A stretch of DNA of 62,422 nt, counting the filler, from Jimgerdemannia flammicorona (lineage: Eukaryota), in the NCBI GenBank assembly GCA_003990765.1. It is 3 parts of 3 records of this genome, joined end to end, with 100 filler letters (N's around TTAATTAATTAA, not from the genome) between each part and the next. Parts side by side here need not be neighbours in the genome. Positions count along the whole stretch, not along the records: positions 1 to 20,751 come from RBNJ01001596.1; 2 more parts are not named here. One strand, 5' to 3'. The notes under the pieces were generated by a model. It ran no database searches. It was not told the origin of the DNA and was given only the letters and a program-made list of their open reading frames with translations. Shown one piece after another: positions 1-10,481 of the stretch. The translations under genes and the position numbers were made by a program. Each line of letters starts with the position of its first letter. Position 1 is the stretch's first letter.

Positions 1-2408
1 TCACAGTCGTGTTCTGCTTCAGGGACTCGGCCAGTGCGCGTGCTCCCTCGTGGCCAATTCCGTTGTCTGAAGATGAACAGAGGATGGATGAGCAAACACG
101 CATGGGTAACTAACGCGCAACTGCAAAAAGCAGTTCACACAGTTGAACCATACATTGGAGATTCAGCATGGTCACGGTCGTGTTCTGCTTCAGAGACTCG
201 GCCAGTGCGCGTGCTCCTTTGTAGCCGATTTGGTTACCTGGAGATGAACAAAGGATGGATGAGCAAACGCGCACATGTGCTGAGCTGGTACCTATCGCGC
301 TGCTGCAAACAGCAGTTCACATACGTCGGACATTCAGAGTGGTCAAGGTGGTGTTCTGCTTCAGAGGCTCTGCCAGTGCGCTTGCTCCTTCATGGCCGAT
401 TCGGTTGTCTGAAGATGAATAGAGGTTAGATAAGCAAACAGGCACGGATGGCAAGCTGGTGCCCAGCACGCAGCTGCAAACAGCAGTTCACATAGTTCAA
501 AGATACGTTGGAGATTCAGCGTAGTCACGGTCGTGTTCTGTTTCAAAGACTCGGCCAGAGCGCGTGCTCCCTCGTCTCCGATTTTGTTGTCTAAAGTTGA
601 ACAGAGGAAGGATGAGTAAACACACTGGGTGGTGAGCAGGTACTCATCATGCAGCTGCAAACAGCAGTTCACATAGTTCAAGCATACGTTGGAAATTCAG
701 CGTGGTCACGGTCATGTTCTCATTCAGAAACTCGGCCAGCGCGCGTGCTCCCTCGTCGCAGATTTCGTTGTCTAAAGGTAGGCAGAGGACGGATGAGCAA
801 ACACACATGAGTGATGAACTGGTAACCATCACGCATCTGCAAACAGCAGTTCGCAAAGTCCAAATATACTTTGGAGATTAAGCGTGGTCACGGTCGTATT
901 CTGCATCAGGGACTCGGCCAGTGCGCGTGCTCTCTCGTGGCCGATTCCGTTGTCTGAAAATGAACGGAGGATGTATGAACAAACAAGTATGCGCACCCAT
1001 CAGGTAACGGTTCCAGTAATTTCAACATACCATTGGGATGCGGCTTAGCCAAAGTCCTGTCTATCGCATTTAATGTCTCGTTGTCGACGGCGTTGTCTAA
1101 AGAGGTGGTGAACTGTAGCTGCAAACAAAAGTAGGAACTAATCACCCACATTCAAACAGTCACACACTGATTTCCGACATATATACTTTCGAGATTCAGC
1201 TGGGTAAGGGTCGTGTTCTGCTTCAGAGACTCGGCCAGAGCACGGGCACCCTCGGCGCCGATGCTATTCCCTGAGAAATGCACAAATACGCACAGGTCAG
1301 CTGGATCGAATTACCCACATTCAAACAGTCACACTGATTTCTGACATACTAAAGAGATTCAGCTGGATAAGGGTCGTGTTCTGCTTCAGAGACTCGGCCA
1401 GAGCACGGGCACCCTCATCTTTAATGTCATTCACTAAAAAATGTATCGGTACGCACAGGTCAGCTGGATGGAATCACCCACATTCAAACAGTCACACACT
1501 GATTTCTGACATACATTCGAGATTCAGCTGGGTAAGGGTCGTGTTCTGCTTCAGAGACTCGGCCAGAGCACACGCACCCTCAGCGCCGATTTCGTTATCT
1601 ATGAATACGCACAGGTCAGCTGGATCGAATCACCCACATTCAAACAGTCACACACTGATTTCCGATATACCAAAGAGATTCAGCTGGGTAAGGGTCGTGC
1701 TCTGCTTCAGAGACTCGGCCAGAACACGGGCACCCTCAGCGCCGATGTTATTCCCTGAAAAATACACAAATACGCACAGGTCAGCTGCATCGAATCACCT
1801 ACATTCAAACAGTCACACACTGATTTCCGACATACATCTGAGATTCAGCTGGGTAAGGGTCGTGTTCTGCTTCAGACACTCGGCCAGAGCACGGGCACCC
1901 TCAGCGCCGATCTTATTACTTGAGAAATAATCGCCTGAAAAAAGCACAAATACGCACAGGTCAGCTGGATCGAATCACCCACATTCAAACAGTCACACAC
2001 TGATTTCCGACATACTTTCGAGATCCAGCTGGGTAAGGGTCGTGTTCTGTTTCAGAGACTCGGCCAGAGCACGGGCACCCTCAGCGCCAATTTCGTTATC
2101 TATGAATACGCACAGGTCAGCTGGATCGAATCACCCACATTCAACCGTCACACACTGATTTCCGACATACTTTTGAGATTCAGCTGGGTAAGGGTCGTGT
2201 TCTGCTTCAGAGACCCGGCCAGAGCACAGGCACCCTCAGCACCGATGCTATTCCCTGAAAAATGTACAAATACGCACAGGTCAGCTGGATGGATTCAAAC
2301 AGCACATACTGATTTCCAACATACTTTCGAGATTCAGCTGGGTAAGGGTCGTGTTCTGCTTCAGAGACTCGGCCAGAGCAAGGACACCCTCGGCGTCAAT
2401 ACGCCCGC
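1..2408 (-). repeat. Tandem exon+intron repeat array (about 155-180 bp unit) in two sub-families
   Basis: Block 1187-2408 shares the intron core tacgcacaggtcagctggatcgaatcacccacattcaaacagtcacacactgatttccgacatac (plus strand). Block 1-953 shares a different intron (gaacagaggatggatgagcaaaca...ctgcaaacagcagttcaca). Confidence 0.95.
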
Positions 2409-2545
2409 CTGAAGTTGAACAGATGGATGAGCAAATACGCACAGAAAGCCAGTTGGACCTCGTCAGATAGTGCAATCAACAGTTCACTCTGTTCAAACGT
2501 ACGGTCGAGATTCAGTATAGTCTGGGTCGTGAGCAGTGTTGGCAT
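1..2545 (-). CDS. Leucine-rich-repeat protein (RI-like/NLRC3-type 28-aa LRRs), one repeat per exon; 3' end runs off the window
   Basis: Manually spliced with GT..AG boundaries. Exons: 2545-2503 (ATG, MPTLLTTQTILNLD), 2408-2325, 2254-2171, 2099-2016, 1934-1836 (99 nt), 1754-1671, 1598-1515, 1433-1350, 1270-1187, 1096-1031 (66-nt cap-like exon NAVDNETLNAIDRTLAKPHPN), 953-870, 771-688, 590-507, 408-325, 237-154, 66-<1. All introns are phase 1 (about 70-98 nt). The joined frame is open and encodes repeats of xNxIGAEGARALAESLKQNTTLTQLNLx. Confidence 0.9.
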
Positions 2546-3496
2546 GTTTGTGTAAGTATCAAGTGCAAAGTGTCAAATGTCGGTTAATAAAGAACTTTAT
2601 TACCAACCCTAACCCTGGCCATCCGATAAAGTTACCTACAACACTGCTTTCTATCATCCGTAACACATCCCCACACACAATCTAAGTCAACTGCATGCTG
2701 AACATCCTTCCCATTCATCTCAATAGCACTCTCTTTGGTCTGTACTCTCAAGTACGCATCCCACTCGCCCCGCCTCCATCAACAACTTCTCGCTGGATAG
2801 TCTCCCGCACATCACCGCACGCCACGACTTCATCTCCGCCCTCACCTTTCGGACGACCTATGTCAGATGCTGATGGGGTATAGTCCTTCGAACTCTACCT
2901 GAACGGCCGTCACACTTCGGTCGGCCCGACACTCAAGTCCGGTGACGGCGCCGGCGTTGGCGTGATTGCCTCGCGGGTCTTAGCATCCGCGGCGGCATCC
3001 TTATGCCGTTTGCAAGGCCGTGGGCTACCAGCTCATCAGCAACCATAATGCCAGGGCCGTGATCGTCCGCTTTTTTTGAGATCCTTCGGCTTTCTTGCTG
3101 ACCGTGTCCACGGGACAGAAGGATGATGGAAGGATGTAAGTGTTGGCGTTACTTTGTTTGCGGAGAATAAATAAGGGGGGGGGCGGGGTGCGTGAGACGT
3201 GTTTGAGGATAGAGCTGTCGATAGGCGCTTGGTGGCGATGGTGGGCGAATTCTCTGGGATTAATAATTTCGGTGTTTTTTTTCGGAATTAACGTGTTTTG
3301 TTCATCTTTTCATCGTAGATCGAAGCATCTCCAGTGTACTCCCCAAGAATGCTCGATTGACATTTCAGATGGATCAAAGGACTGGGAACCGTATTATTTT
3401 TAAAACCTTGAAGATCGTTACAATTCGGTATAGATCTCTCTGTCATCATGTGCACCCAAATAGATTATTTCCTCGCTAGCATTAAGTTTACATCCA

Positions 3497-5696
3497 TGAT
3501 CACACCATGCATTCAGACGATCCCGCCTCGACCTCCCAACCGCCGCCGAAACCACGGCCGTTCGAACCTGGCGATCCGCGCGGTGCCCGGTCGGCAGCCG
3601 TCCTCGGATGATGATGAGGAACGACTCGTTGAAACTGCCGCGCGTTCAGGAGCAAACGGCTTGCACCCGGCACGGGCGACCAGTTTCGATCGCCGAGTAA
3701 GAGGTGGAAACAGGCGCATCTTGCAGACCAAGGCGCGAGGCTGATAAGGGTCCGTCGCGCGCAGAAAAGGAAAAGGAGGGTCGAAGTGCATTCGGTTCGG
3801 CAGCGGGCTTGGAGGAGGTGGCTGAATCAGTGAAGGAGGAGGAGGAGACTGAATCGGTGAAGGAGGTAGGAGAGGTTGGATCGGTAAGGAGGAGGAGGAG
3901 GAGGCCGGATCGGGGAAGGAGTCGCTGTCTGGACACGAGCTCAAACCGGAGTTAGAGGGGAGCAGATGGGTTGGACGACGGCGACGCGCGGGAGGACGGG
4001 TCGCAGTCACCGAATTCAGTGTCTGCAACGCCATCACCTCGGCATATCGAGAAGCGCAAGCTACCAGACTCGGTGATATCGAAGGGGGGGAGGGAACATC
4101 GGAGTGGATACCGCGCGCTGCCGAAGCTTTGGAGACTTTCGTTGTTGAAGAACCTTCGTCGGTGAGGATCATAATCGCAGCGCCCATATATGCTCAAATC
4201 TACTAGATACCTCGATATGCGCATCTTCTGGCTCGCCGGTGCCTTGCAGAACATCGAAGTACGAATGGACGTGTGTGTCGCCAACACGGGACGGTGCGCC
4301 GCTCACGGGGACCAGTCCGGTCGAAGTCGCCGGGATTGCCATTCCATGCCGAGGTTGTCGCCGTACCCAGGGATTACTACGACTTGGAGAAAGTCGACAT
4401 GAACGCGTACAGCCTGACGAGGAAGGAGCCTTTCCATGGGCGGCATCAGAGGGCCCGGCCCGTCGTAGGCAACCAACTCGACTTGCCTCCAGAGCTGTGG
4501 CGTAACATTCTCCGCCTGGCGGTTGCCCTAGAAGGCAAGATAGCACTGATACCGACTATACTTTGTATGCGATTGGACAATCGTGCATGGTAGGTAATTG
4601 CACGGATATGGGAGATATACTGGTTCAATTCGCCTAATTTATACCTTCACCTACCATTTCTACATATTCATATCACAAAAACAAAATCACGACCAGCCTC
4701 CACCACACGTTACCTCCACCACTTTACCTCCCGTATTTCCAGCGTCGTTGATTACCCCACCGCATTCCGCCCATACCTCCGTCGCCTCTGCCTTCATTTC
4801 AATGAACTCGGTTCGCACACACCCCTTGTCTGATCGCCAGTTTCATCCAGTATCTCATACGCCCAAACATCCTCGAGGATAGTATCATCTACCTCGTCAC
4901 GGAATAGTCGCACCTCAATGAAATCACGTTCGCAAACCGGACTAGCGATTTCATTCTAGCCGTTCACATTGATGTTGTAGTCGGGAAACCCCGTCATCGG
5001 ACATCCTCGAGTCCATGCTCGCCACCAGCTCGAACAGTTCGTCGCGGAAGCCACCACCCAACGGCGACCGCCGCTTGTGCGGCGATGCCCTTGAGAACGT
5101 CTTCTTTTCGGTGTGCTGGGGCGGCAGGGTCGGGTACTTGCCCGATCTGTCGGGGATTCCCCGCCCTGTCACCGACAAGGTCGTTGCCCTCTGCATGCTT
5201 GCAACCTCGTACTGACATGAGACCGTCATGACACGGAGTGAGCTGTCAGAGCTCATCGTACCAGGTTAAGCGAGGGTCATGTTTCATCATAGATGCAATA
5301 ACTCGATGGGTCATCATACTATTTTGTTGGGCACGCGTGTTGACCCTACCATGGCCGTGGAGATGAATTCTGGAGAAGAGGATTTAGTTATCGCGCGAGG
5401 ACCGTATTCCTGTAATTGAGGTCATATGATAATTCGAGGGATGTTTTCTTCGCATTGGATCCAGAATATCGCACCGTCACCGGCCGCACTGTACAAGATC
5501 ATTGTCCCTTAGACCAACAATCTTCTTGGATATTCCTCCTCTGACCCCGCCATCTCCGACTCCCTTCAAATTTCCCCCATCGCCACCAGCCCAACCACGC
5601 TTCCTTCTGCGACATCTTCTCCTACACATCTTTGACACTCCCTTTAGACGCGATAATCGTCGACTTTTCCAGGGGCCATCTTCTATGAGATCTTGA
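3497..5696 (+). pseudogene. Possible disrupted F-box-like protein gene
   Basis: GC- and CpG-rich coding-like DNA with an acidic segment (ORF 3704-3955) and an F-box-like motif LDLPPELWRNILRLAV (about 4477-4525). I could not build a clean spliced open frame. Confidence 0.25.
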
Positions 5697-7126
5697 CCTG
5701 ACACGCAGTTGCGCAAGAGTGCTATGTGTAGATGAGATTCAACTGAAAGGAAGGCTGGATCGTGTTCTTTAGGGGCGCGGGTACCCGCCGCTCCAGGAGG
5801 TACGAGTTGAGGTTCTGTGGTGGTAGGTGGTTGACCGAGAGTGGTGGGGTTTGATAGATTAAGAGCAGGAGGTGGGTTGATGTAGGTCATATTAGTTGTG
5901 CATATTATGATAATTATTGAGCATATTTAAGTAGGCATTGGGTGCATAATGACATTTGTTGGTTTCATAAATTCAGTCCACATTAATATATTGGAGAGTG
6001 GACCATTAATGTATATATACAGGGCGAACGAGGTTAAAAAACGTTGGTATAATATATTTGAAATAATTATAAACTGCAATGCTATATCAAAATGACATGT
6101 TTACCTTCCCTCAATTTGGGAGCGTAAAGGTTGATTCAATCCCAGGCGTGGCACCACGCTTTTTGCTACAGAAAAACGATATGCCTGTGACTACCTGACG
6201 CATGCTTCGCCTCCTGTGTGACTAGTGACCTATTCGCATTTTGTAACCATTGCAATTGAGAATGACGTGTTCTTATGAATGGAGTGTTGAGAGTGGTTTT
6301 TCCGAGCTATGGTGTTACCTTGCATTGTCTACAGGCCATTCAAGTGTATTTGCATTATTATGTACTTCAGTACACACTGGCATAGGTTCTCAAACCAGCT
6401 CACTGAGCTCCTTATCTATTATAATGACGTTCGCAATTTCATACATCGCGCTTCCGGTACGGGATAATGTTGGTACATTTTATTGTGGGTCAGAAGGGTG
6501 AGTGGAAAAGTATTCAGAGAAATATAAAGGGGGGAGACGTATGTGTTTTGACTTGTGGAGCTTGTGTGTGGAAGTCGGGGAGAGGAGGATGTAAGTGAAA
6601 GGAGGGTAGGCGGGTCACTCTGCCGGCTGAGTGAAATTGTTGGATATAGGATGACGCGTTTTGCTAAGGAATTCGTTAAAGGGTTTTCAGCTGAACTAGG
6701 TACAGGGGGACGCAGTTGCATCTATATGGATGTGTTTACTAAGGAATTCATTATGAAATACGTCTGGGAACGACTGACAGAACCTGAAAAGCGCTGAAAT
6801 GATGACTAAAGGACAGTCTGGGGACAGACTATCCTTTAGTGGGGGCTGATGTGATGTGCAAAATAGCATAGTATAACCAGATGACACAAATACCATAGTT
6901 ACCCTGTTGCTACAGAAATTGTATAAATAACCTAATAGCCAAAAAGAGAAATGGACTCCAAATGTCCTCCAGACAGTAGATGTCCACTATACTATAGATG
7001 TCTACTATAGTAGATGTCTGCTATATATCCAATGTCTGCCCCAAAACAGCAAATCTATAGTTAGCCACATAGCAACCAGATAGCAACCAACTTGTATAAA
7101 ATAGCCCAGAGATAAGAGTGAATAAA

Positions 7127-7613
7127 GGGGAGTGCAAGATACTTGGTGAATTCTGATTAGTGGTCAGGAATAGATTGGGTGCAGTGTGTTGGAGGGATGG
7201 TAAGTGGGGCTGATGGGAGGATCTGAGGGATAGATTGGTGGAGGGAGTGGGAAAGGAGTGGCTGACTTTGGGGTGGGTATTAGCAGTATGGGTGGGCCTG
7301 ACAGGTTACTGGCTGTTTGTTTTTGAAGAAGGAAAGCATTTGAGTTTGGAGGAGTAGTTGGCAAGATGGGAAGGGTTGATGGGGAACTTCTTGACAGACT
7401 GGTGGCTGGGATAGGGTCTGCAGGGAGGTCGGTAGCACTGTTAGATGGAGAAAATTTGTGGGCAGAGTGAGAGTAAAGTTGAGGTGGGTGGCAAGGTGGC
7501 TTTCAAGCATGAGGATATAGAGAGGAGGCTCCTTAGGGGTATTGAGTAGTAGGAGGGGATAATTTAATTCTATGTGATAGATTGGTAGTAATAAATGGCA
7601 AAGTCTAAGAGAC

Positions 7614-7650
<37 letters not shown>
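7127..7650 (+). mobile_element. 5'-truncated L1/Tx1-like LINE 3' end with poly(A) and 15-bp TSD
   Basis: Ends in gagactat(A)n. ATAAGAGTGAATAAA is duplicated at 7112-7126 and 7651-7665. Confidence 0.8.
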
Positions 7651-7653
<3 letters not shown>

Positions 7654-8216
7654 AGAGTGAATAAACCTCAGTCTAAAAAGTTAAAGAAAAGCAGAGAGCT
7701 TTCTTTTTCCACTCTAGTCTACTTTTCAATATAAAGATTAATATGCTTGCCTATCTAAGCCAGAAAAAGAAATCTGTCTTATATTTGATATACTTGCCAG
7801 ACTATGCCAGAAGAGATGAGTCTGAAAATCAAAAGAAAAAGTCAATTATCTAATATACTTAGAAGGAGAAATTGCCAACAAGCTATTGTTAAGAAGTTTT
7901 GAGCTATTTTTCACTTCAGTATACTTTCCAGATAAGTCTGAATAATTCAAGAAGTCTATCTGTATCTTATTATAATAAAGCCCGTCTCTCTCAATATAAC
8001 TTCATACAAATGAAGTCAGTCTTTAATACAACTTTGCTCAAGAATCTGCCAACTAAGTTATTCAAGAAGTCTACCAATTTAAGAGGAATCTACATCACCT
8101 ACTATTTTCAGTTATCTATATTATCTGCTATTTTTAAGTAATTTATATCACTCACTATTTTCAAGAAATTTAAGAATTTACACTATCTGAGTTACTAGAG
8201 TTATCTACTATTTGAG

Positions 8217-10445
8217 TTTTTTTTTTGTTTTTTTTTTGTTTTTATAATTACTTAGACTCCTATATTTATTATCAGTCTATACTAACAATATACAAATCCA
8301 ACCCCTATCCAATTCCACTAGAGGGCCCATCTTCAACTTTATTCTATTTAAATACTCCTAGCTTATTAACTATCACTACTCCCTCTTTACTCCATTTATA
8401 GATAGTCTCTATTAAACAATGATAATGATTACTCAGTAGGCCTCACTCCGTCTATTACTCAGATAGAATTTCCACCATCAGTCTCTCTCACCTTACCATA
8501 TGCTTCTTCAAACACATCCTCCTCTCTTTCTCACCAATGTCCAGCTAACTCTATCTATACTATTAGAGCCCACTCTATAGTAAATTACTCATTATCAATA
8601 TAATCCACTAGATGAGTCCTCAAGTTTTTCCATCAACTCTCCTCCCTGGTCATACTCCTCTCCACCCCCAAGCAAAGGCCAACCATTACTCAGAAGTTCT
8701 CTATCATCTTGTACTCCTCTAACTAATGTTCTAATATCTATACAAAACCACTCTTCTCTTCTGTATCAAAACACTCTTTATAATTGAAGGACCCCCCCAT
8801 CAATCAGATGTCTAGAGAGAAAGTTTAACATGATATTCTGTTTCAACAAATACCACCACACTACTCAGAATTTCAGTAATAGCCACTGCCACACTGTAGT
8901 GCTCTATGACTAGATGCTAGCTCAATTCTATACCTCACCAATACCTATAATCTACTAGCTAACAGATCACAAATCCTGACCCAGACTATATTGGAATTCC
9001 AGACCCTCACTGATATCAATGTCAAGTAGTAGAGAGTCACCTAGCAGTAGCCTATCCCACCTCTATATTACCAGACCCCACTGTATCTCTCTTTCATTAC
9101 TCTACTAGTACAAACCAATATAATGTATACTCTCTATCACTCCCCACCAAAATCCCTTATACCACAGGTGTTAACTACTACCTAGTCCAACTATTGATAG
9201 TAAATCCCAAGAGATACTTCTAGGGAAGAACCTAGCCTGTCAGATTTTCAACATTGGTAGCACTCACTCTCCACCTCTTAGCTTCACAGCCCTCTTCAGC
9301 CACCAAGCCCTAAGGCAATATAACTGCTACCAGACCCAGACCTCCTCTCTCTACTAGTATAGCCAAGATCTTCCAACTTATCTGACTATACTTCCCAGCT
9401 CAGATCTAGTCCCCAATAATTATTTTACCATCTAAGCTAGAAAGTCTAAGTGGTATATCAGATATCACAACTTTGACACTAGTAGATATTAAGAATTAAT
9501 ACCTACTCCACTTGGGAAATGTAGTGCTCTCTCTAACTCTAAAGGCCCCCCCCCCCAAGGGTCTACCTTTCTCTCCCACCAGATCTTTGGCAGAACTGAC
9601 CCATATATAGATAAGAAGATACTCAGACAGTATATCACTTTCTCTGCTGGGACCACAGTCTCTACCACATTTTATCAACTAAACCATTCCCTAGCTCTAT
9701 TTTCTCATACTTGTACCAGTTGAGTTTATTATCAAAGAACTATTCATACTAATCTACTACTATCTTCAGCTTACTGATATAATTAACAAAGTTAAGACCT
9801 ATTATCATATTATCTACAAAAGCCCCACCTTTTAGTTAACACTAAGAATATGAGGCCCAGAGACCTTGTAGTATATTGTGTCCAACAATAGCTCTAATGA
9901 CAAAGTATACAGAATTGAAAACAAAGGATCTCCCTGAGAAACCCCTTGTCTCAACTGAAATGAAACACTATGATGTTCATTATATATAATAGCCACCTGA
10001 CTGCAATCCCAAAGTATGATCATTGATTATTAGTATACTAAAATAGAAAGAGACACTAATTCTCTCTATTATATTCTCTAAGCAGACATATCAAACCCAA
10101 TTATAGGCCTTCTTCTGATCTAAGAAAACAAGCTATCATTTCAGTCTATAAGCCCTAGTACCCACAATCATACCATGAACCCAGGAAGTCTCATCTCTTA
10201 TGAGTCTTCCTCTAACAAATCTCTACTGCTCAATACTGAGCACTTGTTGAGCCACTTTCTATAACCTCACAACTACCTTTATGATCAACTTTCTGTTCAA
10301 ATCTAATGACATAATAGGCTGCCAGTTCTTCCAATCCTCCCTCCTATCCTTGTCTTTAAAAAGCAATACCACTAGACCAAGATCTTGTCCCCCAACTCAT
10401 TTACTAGTTAGCCATCATCTTTTTCAGAAATCTTATAGCAGGCCA

Positions 10446-10447
<2 letters not shown>
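8217..10447 (-). mobile_element. Degenerate L1/Tx1-like LINE (RT to 3' end)
   Basis: Poly(T) at about 8217. RT motifs GVSQGDPLFSILYTLSLE (ORF 9832-10023) and a DQKKAY-like motif. Many stops. Confidence 0.85.

Positions 10448-10481
<34 letters not shown>

Noticed and set aside
1..2408. CRISPR-like or non-coding satellite interpretation of the regular repeats; plus-strand repeat ORFs such as 1376-1930
   Set aside because: The units resolve into GT-AG introns and in-frame LRR exons on the minus strand. The plus-strand ORFs are antisense shadows.
2605..2616. AACCCTAACCCT telomere-like motif
   Set aside because: Only two units and internal; compatible with chance.
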